Shown piece by piece: positions 26,674 to 46,300 of a stretch of 64,000 nucleotides of DNA. The position numbers and the translations under genes were made by a program. The notes beneath the pieces were generated by a model. That model did not search any database, was not told the origin of the DNA, and worked only from the letters and a program-made list of their open reading frames with translations. The stretch comes from the human T2T-CHM13v2.0 reference genome, Homo sapiens. The stretch lies in the NCBI RefSeq assembly GCF_009914755.1, contig NC_060927.1; one strand, 5' to 3'. Numbering within the stretch: position 1 is the first letter of the stretch; every line of letters starts with the position of its first letter.

Positions 26674-28401
26674 CTCCCAGGCCCCCAGGTTTCTGGTCCT
26701 GCTCACTTTACCACCTATCATCTACCCACCTGGCTTTCCAGGTGATGGAGGCAGAGTGTGGCTTAGTGCTAGTGGAATGGAACATGCCCCAGGGACCATT
26801 GAGCCATGGGGGTTGGGAGAACACTGCAGGCTTACATGGTCAGGGGTTGGAGGGGTGTCCCAGGAAGGAAAGGAAAAGCCTAAAGTCACAGAAGTGACAG
26901 AAGTAGACATGATCTTGGGTCTGGTGAGTTTGGTGATCAGGCTGGCTTTATCCATGAAGCTATAACATGATAAGTTCAGTTATTCTCTAGTCAGGGAACA
27001 GAGGGTTGTGGAGATACATGTAAGCCCGAAGTCCCTTACAATGGCAGCGTCATGAAGATTAAAGACATGCAGCAGAAATCCTGAATGATCAATCTGACAG
27101 AGCAGTCCTAGCTCTCCTCTGAATTCTGGGCAGGAAAAGAGGGACAGATCTCAATGTTGAGGCAGGAGCATCATAAAAAATGTCCTTAACCAGAGGGAAA
27201 ATGGGTCAAGAAACGTCTGGGACCTGGGACCCACATAAATTCTTTCTTGAGGTTCTGAACAGCCAGTGCTTTTTTGTAAACTGCTCTAAAGCCAGACAAC
27301 ACAGACTGAGAAACATCAAGCAAGGACCTCCTTTTCTTATGGGTCCCATGTCATAAACTCTTGACATTTTAACATGGTGGCACTTTATACAACTCATATT
27401 TTTAAAAACTGACCTTGTGAAACTCTCCTTGAAAACCTTGTTGGCAAATAGCTACACTAGAAAAATGAGAAGGCCAAGGGAGAATAAGTACTTAAGGATA
27501 TCCTTGCCGTGGCTGCTTTGTCCCTCTGAAGCCTGCTCTGCCTGTGTAAGCTATAGCATTCTTGCGGCAGTCAGGAAGGTTCAGTGGATCCAGGTCACTG
27601 ATTAAAAGCAGCATAAAATACCAGTGCTAGGGCAAAGTGCAGGCTAGGTGAGTGGAAAGTCCCTTGGGTTCCACAGGGTACAGAGTAATAGGCCTGTCCA
27701 TATTTTTCTTACTGCTAAAACTTTGAGGCTTTGAGTGGGTTTATCTGCAGCTAAAGGAACCTCTGAGAGGGCGCATCTATCAGAGACAATTGCAACTAAA
27801 TCCGAGCTTCCTTTCTCATGGCATCCTCGCCAAGCCTGATTAGTGTTTCCAAAAGATGAACTAAACTCACCGTGCTGGAGCCTCATGGACAAAGCCAATC
27901 CAATCACCAAACTGGAGACCCAAGACAGCCCCTACTCACTGTTGCCTCTGTGACTTTGGGCCTTGCCTTCCCTTCCTGGAACACCTTCCTCTGAAGCAAG
28001 CTTATCCAACCTGTGGCCCATAGGCCGCATGCAGCCCATGACTTTGAATGCAGCCCAACACAAATTCATAAACTTTCTTGAAACGTTATGACATTTTTTG
28101 GGGGGGGTAAGGCGATTTTTTTAAAGCTCATTAGCTATTGTTAGTGTTAGTTTATTTTATGTGTGGCCCAAAACAATTCTTCTTCCAGTGTGGTCCAGGG
28201 AAGCCAAAAGACTGGACACCCCTGCTCTGATGCGTTCCCTGACAGTATTAGCCTGCAGTGTTCTCCCAACCCCTATAGTCCAGTGGTCCCTAGGGCATGC
28301 TTCATTCCATTAGCACTAAGCCATACTCTGCCTTCATCACTCAGCAAGCCAGGTGGGTAGGTGGTAAGGTGAGTAAGACCAGGAGCACAGGGGCCTGGGA
28401 G
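26674..28401. repeat. Diverged inverted repeat pair (arms ~26674-26985 and ~27853-28401)
   Basis: the arms align as reverse complements by eye; the ORF track shows the same peptide SLQCSPNP...IPLALSHTLP..KPGG on opposite strands. Confidence 0.85.
27997..28224 (-). mobile_element. MER30 DNA element inserted in the right arm of the inverted repeat
   Basis: CAAGCTTATCCAA...CTGGACACCCCTG; near-perfect TSD CTCTGAAG / CTCTGATG. Confidence 0.85.
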
Positions 28402-28465
28402 CAAGGCTTTTAAAGAGCAGCATGTTGCTCTGAGCAATTGCCAAGGGCGGCCCAGCAAGGGTTGC

Positions 28466-28870
28466 TGTTATAGGCTGAATCGTCTCCCCATGCCCCAATT
28501 ATTCACATGCTGAAGCCCTAAGCACCAGTACCTCAGACTGTGACTGCATTTGGAGATGAGGCCTGTAGAGGAATGATTAAGTTAAGATGATGCCGCTAGG
28601 GTGGGCCCTAATCCAATCGACCAGTGTCTGTAAGAAGAGGAGACTGAGAGACATGGAGACACACCAGGGGCATGCAACAGGGGACAGCCACATGAAGAGG
28701 CAGCAAGGGGGCAGATATCTGCAAGCCAAGGAGAAGCATCTTGCAGGAAACCAGCCCTGCCAGCACCTGACCTTGCACTTCCAGCCTCCAGAGCTGTGAG
28801 AAGGTAAATTTCTGTTATTTAAGCCACCCGGTCTGCGGTATTTTATATAGCACCCAAGCAAACTAATATA
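28466..28870 (+). mobile_element. MaLR solo LTR (MLT1A/B-like)
   Basis: gggtgggccctaatccaat, ttccagcctccagagctgtgagaaggtaaatttctgttatttaagccaccc, aaactaatata. Confidence 0.85.
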
Positions 28871-29130
28871 GTCGCTCAAGCCAAGAAAGACAGGCCTTAA
28901 TAGTGATGCTGAAACCTGGGGCCACTGACATCTCTCAGGAACTCTCTGCAAGGCTCAACACTGACAACTTCCCGAGCGCCGATGCTCTTCAAGGCCATCG
29001 CAAGCACTGTTCCCTTAGGCAAGGACAGTCAATCCTGCTTCCAGTGTCTCACTTTCCTCATCCTTTGATAAGAAAGCACAGGGGCCAGGCCTGTAATGAG
29101 CACTCAGGAAATGGGGGTGACCTCTACTCA

Positions 29131-29397
<267 letters not shown>

Positions 29398-29863
29398 TTA
29401 AGTGGTCACTCAACTGACAGCTATTCTGTCCAGAGTTGAGAGAAATGGTTGGTTGCTGGAACATTCCAAAAAAGTAGAGGAAGGCTTACAGACGAAATGG
29501 AATGTACAACCTAAGAGACTTCTCAAAGTCAGGGGCTTAGAGAGGTTTCAACCTCTTGCATATTCTCTGAGGTCCCTTATTTAGAAGGAAAAATCTTATT
29601 AAGAAAGAACCTAATAACAGAAAACACACTTCTATGCCACTAAATCCTTGCTCTGTAAGACACAGGCAGTACTTATTCATGTATTTTTGAAAGCAGGAGT
29701 CTGTCTGACCTGCATTTTCCCTTAATCCACTGATGCGTGGGAAAGAACCTCCCAGTGCTCAAGGGCTTGCAGCAGGCACTGGGTTTCCAACCAGGGGCCT
29801 TGTGTCCGACTGTGCAAACCACTTAGTAGGAAGGCCACTGTAGAAATGTTCCTGTACCAGTCA

Positions 29864-30263
<400 letters not shown>

Positions 30264-30619
30264 TGAGTAGACAGGAAATGTCAAAAATCAAAACAAGTGA
30301 CCGCAGCACTCTGTGGTCACTAATGAGTCAGGGCAAGCCCATGCAAAGTTCCTGGGGTGTTTAGCAAGAAAAATGGTTCAGGTGAGCTTAAAGTTCCCAC
30401 CTGGACCTGCCACATGACCACTAAGGCAGGCCCTGCTTTAGAAGTGAAGTTCTTCTTCTTGTTTCAAGTCTGTGTAATAGAGAGCTTGAGGCATAGGCTG
30501 AAAAAAGGGGCCAGGGATTGTTTTTTTTTCCATCAATTCAGCCACACTCCTGAACCTGCCTTGTAAGGCTGGCAGAGGGAAGGGAAAGCAGACAGCAGGG
30601 ATCTAAAATGATGTCCACT

Positions 30620-31490
30620 GAGAGAAACCAAAGACTTAAATAAATAGAAAGTTGTATCATGTTCATGGACTGAGTCAATTTTATTAAGATGTCAATTCTC
30701 CCCAAACTGAACTAGAGATTCAATGCAATCTCAATTTAAATATCACCAGGATTTTTTGTAGAAATTGACAAACTGATTCTAAAACTTATATAGAAAAACA
30801 AAAAACCTAGAATAGCCAATACTTTGATAAAGAACAAAACTGGAGTCACTCTACGTGATGTTAAGATGCTTTATAAAACTATGGTCATCATAACAGTTTG
30901 GTATTAGTGAAAGAATAGGCACATAGATAAATGGAATAGAATAAAAGTCCAGATATAAATCCACACATATAAGGTCAATTGCCTACTTTCTCATGGCAGC
31001 ATAAAAAAAAATAAGGTCGGTTTTTGACAAAGGTGCAAGGAACAGTCTTTCAATCAATGGTGTTGAAATAACTGGACAGCCATACAAAAAGATGAATCTC
31101 TATTCATACCTTGCACCATACACAAAGATAACTGAAAATGCATCATAGGCCTAAATGTATAAGCTAAAGCTGTAAAACTTCTAAGCGACAACAGAAGAAG
31201 GTCTGTGAGTCCTTGGGCTAAGTAAAGCCAGACATGACAACAAAAAGAAAAACATTTATGCATAACAGAAAAAACCTGATACATTGGACCTCATTAAAAT
31301 GATAAACTTCTGCTCTTTGAAGACTTTTTTGCTCTTTGAAAGAAAATATAAAGATAAGCTATAGATTGGGAAAAAATACTTGTAAAATACATATGTGACA
31401 AAGAACTTGCATAGAGAATATACAGAGGACTCTCAACATTCAATACTTAAAAAACATTTTAAAATGGGCAAAAGATTTGAAGAAGATAAA
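30620..31490 (+). mobile_element. Old L1 ORF2 3' region fragment
   Basis: gatgtcaattctccccaaactg...gaaattgacaaactgattctaaaac...tttgacaaaggtgcaag. Confidence 0.8.
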
Positions 31491-32255
31491 CTAAAGCTGT
31501 GCAAAGTACACTCCCCATCCTTGTCAGTTCTTTGTACCCAACAACATAATGGGGCCTGCCAACCACTTGGTAATCCACTCAAACAAAAGAGGAATGGACA
31601 GTATTTCTAAAGGCTGGCTGGCCTGCATCCAGGCAGAGGCCAAGGAGGAGTTCACAGGGACCAGCTGCAGATGGCAATGATGCTCGAGCAGAGACGAGCT
31701 GAGACCACTTCTGCCTGTGCCGTCTCAGCTCTGCCTCCCTGTGTTCCACATTCAAAGTCCAGTGCCCGGAAGGGCAGCCCAGGCCTGTCTGCTAGGGTGT
31801 GCTCAAAACCGAAGCAGCAGAACCCAAACTCTACTTCCTTCACTGGGCTGAGTGGGAGGACACAAAGGAGATTACATCCTCCTTGGACATGAAGGAAGAG
31901 CGAGCTTCAGGAAGAGACTGAAGGATATGGATGGTTCCAGACACAACTCCTAGCCTTGAGTTACTCTGGATGCCAAGGCTGCAGCTCTGGTAGACGGCAT
32001 TCTCCAAAGCATGGGGTGTATTTCATGAATGTGCATTAACAGGTACATAGACTTCAGGTTAAATCACACTGAATCTTATCAGGGCAAAGTTATTCCTTTT
32101 TCAATTCTCTTTCAATCCTAATATATCAAAATGAAAGTCTCAAGTTGGTGGTAATATATTTTAGCACCTCTTTAATACCTAAGTTTAGAAAACACTGAAT
32201 TCAGCTTATTAGCACTAACTAGCCACAACATCGGTAGGGGAGGAAGTGGCACCTA

Positions 32256-32540
<285 letters not shown>

Positions 32541-33172
32541 CTATGATCTTGTGTGATCTGCTCAGCACCCAAACTGGGCTCTGGATGCCATGTGACTCTC
32601 ATCAGACCTGGCTCTGCCCCCAAGTTAGGATGTGGCCATGAGCTCATTTCATAAGATTCCAACAAAGCCTTCTTGTCAGCTTGGTGAAAGCATGGTTTAC
32701 TTCCTAAGGTCCTGGGAGGCAGGGAGACAAAGTGTGGCTGAGCCCACCTTCCCTGGCACCAAGTTGTAGGTATGCCTCCCATATCTCAGAAGCTAAGGCT
32801 CTAAGAGACCACAGACCTTCACAGCTCTGCTGATTATTCTGCACCTGCCCCCAGCCCAGCCCGAGATTCATCTTTATCCATCCTTCTCTGGCCTTCATGC
32901 CCCTGGCACTGCCTGTGTTCCTCTAGTGAGGTTTCAGGCCAGCTCTTGCTGGCTTCCAGTAATGCTGCTCCCCTCTGGTCCCTATAGGAATGGTAGAAGA
33001 ACTGCTAGTCTCTGGGTATGCCCCATCCCTGCGGGGCCCCCTAACTCCATCCACATCTCTGTATTTTTTCCTTTCAGGGAGCCCTGAGTGTCTTGTTAGG
33101 ATCCCAACTAATACACCTTCCTTACCTGGTTCCCTTAAAGCCAAAACGCAATGTGCTCTTCCTAAATAGTCA

Positions 33173-33490
<318 letters not shown>

Positions 33491-34549
33491 TCATTTCAAA
33501 AGACTGGTATCAAATTTCCTAAGTCATAGAAAGAAAATTCACTTTCACCTTGGAAATATGCCCCAGCCCATGCTAAGTCTCCTCCATCTCCCCCGACATG
33601 CAGACTTAACTGACACCGCATGTGTGAGAACATGCGGGAGGCAAAAGATGTACACAGAAGGCACTGTTAAATGCAAAGAGCTGCCAGCACCAAAGAGAGC
33701 CACCACTCAGGCACCTAAACAACAGTGCTGGGGGACCACTGGGAGTTTAAGCTAAAACGTGCTGCCATGCCGACGGCGTGCAGTAAGCCCAAGGACCATG
33801 AATGTACTTCCCACCTGAATCTTAATGTGCTTGGGGCCCTTTATGTTTCTATGGTTGATCCAAGTAACAATTAATCAGTGGAGAAGATCAAAGATTTCCT
33901 AGTGTGAAAATCTGATCAGATGTTAGCCTCCTCTGCCCCTCAGAGAGATGGTAAGGTCACTCCAAGAAGCCAGACTCAAAGAAGTGTGAGGCTTTCCAGA
34001 AAGGTCTGGCAGTGTCAGAATGTGCCTGATGCACTGGAGGGGGAGGATGTGAACAGAGGCTTCCTCAGGGATACTAATGAGCATGTTCAGGCTTGATGGT
34101 TTCTGACATGTGAAGTTTAGTTCTTTCTCGTATGGAGCCCCAGCTAGCATCCTCAGGGCTAACGTGGCTCTAGCAGCACCTCAGCCACCGGTAATGTGAC
34201 ACCCGAGCCACTCAGGTCCTGAGAGAGACAGGCTCCATCACTGACCAGGAACTCCCAATCAACCCCAGATCTTTTGCCTTAAATAAAAAAGCTTGAACAT
34301 GGGCTTGGCTGGCTTTTTCAAGGACACTTGAAATTGTCAGGAAGCAGGAAGACTCATTCTCTGAAGCAGCCTCATTCTCTAGGCTGGTCCACCCAAACTT
34401 TGGGAATGTGGAATGCTGCCAGGAGCTGGTGTTTTCCATCACACCCCTCAGGTCACAAATACCCTGAGTTCTAACTCTGTATATTGATGATAAGAAGGCA
34501 GAGTTTTTAAACTTTCAAATTGGTTATAATTTTAATATCACTGTTTTCT

Positions 34550-35720
<1,171 letters not shown>

Positions 35721-36106
35721 ATAAGTTTTGAATGACTTGTCAGCATTAAAAAATCAGGACACTTCACATTAAGATCCAGGTTTCCACCTTCTCTCAAGAA
35801 GTAAGGTGGTCTGGCAGTTCTAGGCCAAGACATATGGCAGAAGCAGAGCCCAGCTGTGTCCTCAGTTTCTCACAGTCCCCTCCTGATACAAGCTTCCACT
35901 TGTATCAGCTGCCTGGTACCTGCAGGCGCTGGAGTTTGGGACTCTAGTACTGGGGAAAGTGAGATGGAGAAGGAGAGAGGGGCTCCTGAGACAGCAGCAA
36001 GAAAGTGGGGAAATTTCTGAAGTATGCTTTCAAGAACAGCTGCATTTCTTTAGAGAAAAACCCCAGTGTGGGGAAAACCCCAGCTGCTGGTTTGACACAG
36101 CACTCA

Positions 36107-36364
<258 letters not shown>

Positions 36365-37080
36365 CTACTGCCCTCCGCCATGGGGGAGCCCCTTGGTATC
36401 TGCTCACAGCTTATGCAGTCCCCTAGCTTTTGAGACTCTCCTCTCACCCCCACATACAAAGGGGCATTCTGGGAGGGAAAGCAGGCTGACCCCAGGTTGC
36501 CAGAAGCACCCTAAGTGAATAGAACTCTGCACCCCTTGGCTCCTGGACAGGGGCTGGGCTTGCAAGAGAAGCCTGATAGGCAAGGCTCATGGGCTGGTGA
36601 TGGGGAGGATGGGCAGGAGGAGAAAGGAGTCAGGACAGGCAGGACAGAGGTGTAGCTTCCTGGAGGTGGCCACACAGAGGAGGGCCTGTCTTCCACACGT
36701 CCTTGGGACTCTACACATGGGGCATGGCCCTGGGCCCACAGCAGGCACTCAGTCTTAATCTGCACTGCCAGCTGTTCTACCTGATAGCCCCCCTGAGGCC
36801 CAGGGAATTCCGTTTTGGGTGCTGCAGGGTGTCTCAGTCTATAGCAGAGGGAGCTGGCTGAATCTCGCTGTCTTCCTCACCCCACCCACTCCATTTTTAA
36901 TGCAGCTATTTCCTAAGGCAGTGGTTTTCCAAGGATGGTCCAGTGGGACATAATAAAAGCTCCATTAAACAAAGGGTTCTGCAGAGAGACTGATTACTTT
37001 ACACCTTCCACATCTAGTATAAAGTTGCCAGGAAGTTGTTTAGTAGACCCTGTCCACCAAAATGGCCTTATAGGTGCACC

Positions 37081-37138
37081 CACACACACAGGCAGCATAT
37101 GTGTGTGCTTGCACACACACACACCACACACACACACT
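37081..37138. repeat. Imperfect (CA)n microsatellite
   Basis: cacacacaca...cacacacacacaccacacacacac. Confidence 0.8.
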
Positions 37139-38187
37139 GAATAAAATAAGTTGGCAAATAGACTGTACAGCTTTGAGCAACTGAAACAAATGCTCTGAGA
37201 TCTTACAAAAAACCACTGTTTATCATGTTTTCATGCCACCAACTCAGACTCTGTTTAAATTGTCATATGAACATGACTTAACTAAGGGCAGCCAGTGCCC
37301 TGTAGGATCTGAACACTAGAAGGGTAAGATGAAAAATGTATGTCCAGGTTACCAAATGTCAAAGATATCCTGGATCTCCTACTGAGCCAGAGCCCAGGCC
37401 TAGAAGGCAGGTGTTGGGAAGAGGTAATAGATAAATAGAAAAGTTAGAGACTTGGGACAATTTGGTGTGCTTATCTTTGCTGGTGGCACACATGCAATTC
37501 GATTCCAGCAACTCCTCCTCCCTGCTACACCTTTTTAAAATCAGGTCTTCCTCCCTGTTACATCTTTTCTTAATCAGGTCCTGGCTCAACTAGCTGTGTC
37601 CCATGACCACATGGTGGACTTAGGCTCACAACTCCACATGGCCCCAAGCCTGAAAATGAGGGGGTCAAGGAGGCCTTGGGTGGCAGCGTGATCTGCTATC
37701 CACAGATATGGCATCAGAGTCTGCACAAAGACAGGCTGATCCTGGTCCTTGGCACACTCATCTTCCTCATCCATAAAATGGGGATAGATGATAACACCTT
37801 CCTCATAGGACTGTTAGGAGGATTAAATGGGTAAATGTATGCAAAGTATTCAAAACAGAGTCGGCCACGTTTTCAGCATTATTTAAATACATGCTGCTAC
37901 TATTACCATTATTATTATGATCTAACTTTTATTTCATTTTAGTTTTTCCAAAGCTTGCAGTTACTGAAGTATGATATGCACTGCCAGAGAGAAGAAAATT
38001 GAGTTAGGAGAAAGGTGCTTTAGCCGTGTATAGGTTGTGATGGGCAGGCAACCAGGTTCTCTGTGGCATGCTTCCAGCAGAAGCACTTTCTGAGTTTGTG
38101 GCTTTTCTTGCAAAAGGACTTCCTAAACCTAATATGAGTGACTGACTTTCTAAATGACGAGACCAAACACTCCTTCCCTGAAGACTA

Positions 38188-38433
<246 letters not shown>

Positions 38434-38864
38434 TCACTTCTAAATGGAGGGTTGTTTCCTATTAAGTTCAAGAGGCCATGAACCTCTGCTCTATATTTGT
38501 GGGGCCTCAACTGCAACTAGTTGTGGTGGTTGGCAAGTGGCAGGTACCAGAATTCCCAGGGTAACACTGAAGGTAGGGGTGGCAGGGAGCAGGATTCACC
38601 TGAACAAGTCACTGCTCTGAAGACTGTGGATCCAGTGCCACCCCTGCTCCCACCCATTTCAGAATCACTGGCTGGCGATCACCCATAGAGATGGCCAAAG
38701 AGGACACTTATTTCCTTTCTGCATTTGGCAGCTCCGGCCAGGTGTCCAGGGAATGGATGGAGGGGGTCAGGGTACAAACTAGGGTGTCTACAAAGGTGAA
38801 CTGAGGACGGCTTCAGCTTGGGAATCTGGAGGCATGCAGGGAGCCCTCTTAAATGGTCCAGTCA

Positions 38865-39008
<144 letters not shown>

Positions 39009-39943
39009 CTAGAGAGGACAAGAAAGAAAGAGGACATAAAAGTAGGGTCCTTGCTCTGAGGATCCCTCAGCCCCCTCACCCAAACAGATAAAACCAAGCT
39101 AACTTTCTCTTTTTCCCTGCAAACTGGCTCCTCAATGAGCTTTGGGTTTATTAATAGTGAAACACTTTCAAGCTTACTAAGAAAAGAGACTTAGCCTGGT
39201 CCCCAAACTTAGAACTTAATTTCCGCAAGGGAAAAAGTTGGCTATAAGCCACATGGAGTTTCACGGAGTGGGGTGGCACTGGGTGGGGAGGCACATCTGT
39301 GGCACTGCGGTGGAGCTGCCTCAGAGAGGAGGGTTAGGAGTAGCCTGAGAGTGCACAGACCTTGATGCAGACAGACTAGTGGCAAGCCCTGGAAACCAAA
39401 GCCCCAGGCCATTCTGCGCTGTCTTCACTCTAGACAGTCCTTAACCCCTCATCTTTGTGTACTATCAAAGGCACATAGTAACTGCTCATCTCATTAACTT
39501 GTCTGTCCCAAGGGCCTTGTAAAAATGAAGTGAGCTTGTTCCCTTCCCTGTATCTGCTGTCAGGAGAGCACCTGATGGGGTTGGTTATTCATTAAGAACT
39601 CAGAGATAGGACATGAGGCAGCTGTGAACTGCTGGCCCTCTGCAGGGGTTTTAGAGGCCAAGTCAGGGCTCTCACACTCACATGCCCGGCGGGGCTGGGC
39701 AAGTACAGAAACCAGTGTAAGGAAAAGTGCAGAGGATGTGTGCCTCCTTTAAAGTGGGCAGACACCCTCAGGTTCCTGCTGACTGCTGCCACAGGGCGGG
39801 GGCAAGGTGAGGACGCAGGCTTTCAAAAGCCCTCAAACTATATTTGTAAACACCCTGCTCTTTCAATGTTGGCTACTAGTTTTACAAACTTCTGTGTGGG
39901 CTAATCTTGTTTGCAATGGTCTTGAGTTTAAACTTCTGGGCTA

Positions 39944-42628
<2,685 letters not shown>

Positions 42629-43557
42629 CTACAGGGCTATTTAGAAAAGCTTTAGAGTTTAATGAGAGCAGAGGTAAAAATACAGGCATTACCTGCCCTA
42701 AGGTTAGTCTAAAGAACTATTCAAAAGACTAGAATCCCTTTGCTCAAAGCATCTGCCACAGATTCAGCAGCACATTCCAAAGCTATGAGGCCACCCATGT
42801 GAGCTCCACTGAGATACAGACTTGCATTTCCCATCCAGCCTTCTTCAGCCTTATTAACTTAATGGACGTTGTCTCTGAGATAAATTCAGTTATATCTAAG
42901 CTGTTGTTCATTCATTGTGCCATACCCGTAACTGCAACTCCTGGCATGATTAAGCCACAAAATAAGGTAAAAGATTCATCTATTTTCTACTCTTAATGCT
43001 CCTTATATTGATCATTTTAATTTTTTTAATTGCTATTCAGTTTCCACAGAACTATATACAGCTGTGATAAATTCACATTTCTAAAAAAAATTAACAAACT
43101 GCCACTACCTACTAACATTGACTGAGCCCTTGCATATGTCAAGCCCGTAAGTACTTAACATATGCTTAAGAAGTGCATGCGCACTCCTCATTTATGAGCT
43201 AGAATGAGTTTTATTATCCCCATCCTGTGGATGAGAGAGCTGAAGGTTAAGTAATTTCCCCTTGGTCACAGCTGGTAGGTGAGAATCAGGATTTGACTCT
43301 TGTCACTTTTAACCACGGTGCTAAACTGCTTCTTTTAAAATACTTTAAAATCATTTAGAAGAATGTAATTTTAAGAGAGCCTAGATTCTATTTGGTTGAA
43401 AAACCCAGACTCCCGGGAACAGCAGCCATAACTGAGTGGTTCTATTGCTCTGGCTGGAACAACGGGCATCTGAGAACATCACCCTTGAGTTGCTAGGGGC
43501 AAGGACATACCCTGGTAGAAGCTATAGGAAGATAATTCCCAGCCTTCCTGGCCTTAC

Positions 43558-43648
43558 CTGCAGGTAGCTGCTCACCAAGCTGCTCATGCTGGAGCTGCGG
43601 CTAGGGGGTTTCCACAGGTAAGCAGAAGAGCCAGTGGTCAGCGTCCTC
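43558..43648 (-). CDS. FYCO1: FYCO1 exon 7 ([30 protein letters not shown])
   Basis: cccacag|GAG ... CAG|gtaagg, 91 nt, brings the cumulative CDS to 630 nt (phase 0). Confidence 0.93.
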
Positions 43649-44319
43649 CTGTGGGGCCACAAAACAGACATACCTGTATTCAGAGCAGGAAACCTAACAC
43701 ATGGAGGCCTTGCTGGTCACTAGGCAACCAGGTGGTGGTAGGGGGCTGCCTTCCCAGGTAGAATGTAAGAAAGTCAAAGCCAACAGATTCCACCAAAGAG
43801 CACAGCTACACTGGTCTGTAACAGATAAATTCCATGGCTAGAGTTTTACCATCATGGCTTTCCTCCCACTGCCAAAAAAGAATTAAGTGAACATGTATTT
43901 CCCACTATTTGGTTTAAATTTTCCTTGAGCTTTTGGTGCCTGCCTCAGTTTGTCTGCCAGTGAGGAACAAGCAGCAGTCAGTTTGGTAAATAAGAGTCAC
44001 ACTGTGCTTGGGGGCTCAGCTGCCCGCTCTGTATGACACAGCAACAGTGTGGCTGGGAGGCCTGCTTCTAGGTCACATAACCAGGCCAGTCAGTGCAGAT
44101 ACAGAACATTTCCCTCATGCAGAAAGTTCCATTGGATGGCACTGCTTTAGAAATACAAAGGCTTGTGTGATAACTCTCGTTTAGCAGGAACACTGGAAAC
44201 GAAACACATTTTTACTTCATCAGAATCATCTCCTAAATCTAAAATTATTGTGTGTTCAAACCTAGTCTCCAAAACCCAGCAACTGCCCTTCACAGTATCT
44301 TCCCTGAAGACAGTCACAT

Positions 44320-46300
44320 ATGTACATAAGGAGACAGTGGGGATGCTCTTGGCAGCACTGTAACTGGAAAAAGGGAAACCAAACAAACTCTACACTGCTA
44401 TGGAAAGAGATACACTGTGGCTTATTCACCCAACAGAATTCTCTACACCATGGGTTGGCATTCTTTTTTTTTGAAAAGGGCCAGATAGTAAATATTTTGG
44501 TCTTGTGGGCTATATGGTCTCTGTCACTCAACTGGCACTGTTAGCATAAAAGCAGCCATGGACAACAGGTGAGTAAATGGGCAAAGCTGTGTTCCACACA
44601 GCCCTCTGGGCTGTGCTTTGCCAACCCAACTCTACACTTACAGAACTCCATGTATAAACAGATACAAAATCTCAAAAACAAGGCAAAATGAAAAAAGCAG
44701 GTTGCAAAGGATAGCTATTACATGATTCAACATGTGTAAAATTTTAAAACATTTACAAAATAAAACTATATATATATACATATATAAAATATTTACAAAT
44801 ACACAATTAATAATGAAAGCATAAGATCTGAGAATGAAATGCATTGATTACATGATTACTTCTGAAAGGGGAACAAAGGAGAAAGGATGGCATTGGGGTG
44901 GGGCTTTAGCTGATCTATAATATTTTATTTCTTAAAAAAGTATCAGATGTAACCAAACCTCCCCACAAGAGCCAGCTTGAAGGGGGCTCCCCACTGGGGT
45001 AATTGGATAAATGGGATAATGTAAGCTTCAAAATAAATAATGACAGTGACAGAATGCAACCTATTGAATAAAATAAGAATCCATGAGTCAATACTGCTAT
45101 GAATGAATAAATGGGGAAAAAGAAAAAGATCTTCCTTACAGTAGAATGCCAACTAATAATGTAAAAGAAATAATGGAGTTAGAAAATCACTCTGGTAATT
45201 ATTATGGTAATAACTGCTTCAGGCAAGAATGATCAAATGGTATTAAAACTAATACAGGACAGATTTAAGAGAAAAAAGGATAATAATGTAATTTCAGCAT
45301 GTCTTCCCATAAGATATATACTCATTACAAAGGAAGAAATAGTAACTTTTGGAGAAACTTGGCAAGCACCGCCTTACCCAAATGACCAGGGTTAACCTCA
45401 TTAGTAATGAAACAAATCAACACTGTGTGCCTCCAGATACAGTGTGCTGACAAGGACACAACAGGTAAGGTATTCCTGCCAAAAACACTTAACCTAAATC
45501 CAATAATGAGGAAACATCAGACAAACTCAAATTAAGGAACATTTTACAAAATAACTGGCCTGTATTTTTCAAAAATGTCAATGTTATGAAAGACAAAGAC
45601 TGAAAAACTGTTCAAAATTAAAGGGGACTAGAGAGGCATAGCAATTAATGAATTAACAATTAATATGTGATCTGGGATTGGACCTTAGATTATGAGAGAC
45701 ATTACTGAGATAATTTGTAAAATTTAAATGAGATCTGTAAATTAGATAGCAGTATTGTATCAATGCTAATTTTCTGATTTTAATAACTGTACTGAGTTAT
45801 ATAACAGGATGTCCTTGATTTTAGAAAATACACAATTAAGTACTTAAGAGAAAAGAGGATCAAGTCTGTAATTTACTCTCAAAAGGCTTAGGAAATAAAT
45901 CAACATGTAAATAGAAAAAATGATGAACAATTATAGTAAAATATCGATAACTAGGGAATCAGGGTGAAGGATAGATGAGTACTTTGTACTATTTTTGCAA
46001 CTTTTCTGTAATTCTGAAATTATTTCAAAATGTAAAAGTTTTAAAAAGAGTATCTGGGCCAGGCGTGGTGGCTCACACCTGTAATCCCAGCAGTTTGGAA
46101 GGCCAAGATAGGAGGATAGCTTGAGCCCAGGAGTTCAAACCAGCTTGGGAGAGATGGCAAGACTCCGTCCCTACAAAAAATAAAAATAAAAAAAGGACAT
46201 CTGAATATGGCAAAATTAAATCCTAGTGGTTTGCATGTGACTATCATAGTCACCACTTTTCTCTATACATGAAGTATTTCCTAATAAAAAATATGAATGT
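44320..46300 (+). mobile_element. Cluster of old L1M 3' fragments with a MER58-like element (~44450-44630) and an Alu left monomer (46067-46195)
   Basis: L1 3'UTR-like A-rich text; aagggccagatagtaaatatttt...aaagcagccatggacaa; ggccaggcgtggtggctcac. Confidence 0.65.

Noticed and set aside
37515-37583. 33-bp two-copy tandem duplication (and a similar ~24-bp one at ~18544-18587)
   Set aside because: Only two diverged copies in intronic DNA; ordinary slippage products, not an array.
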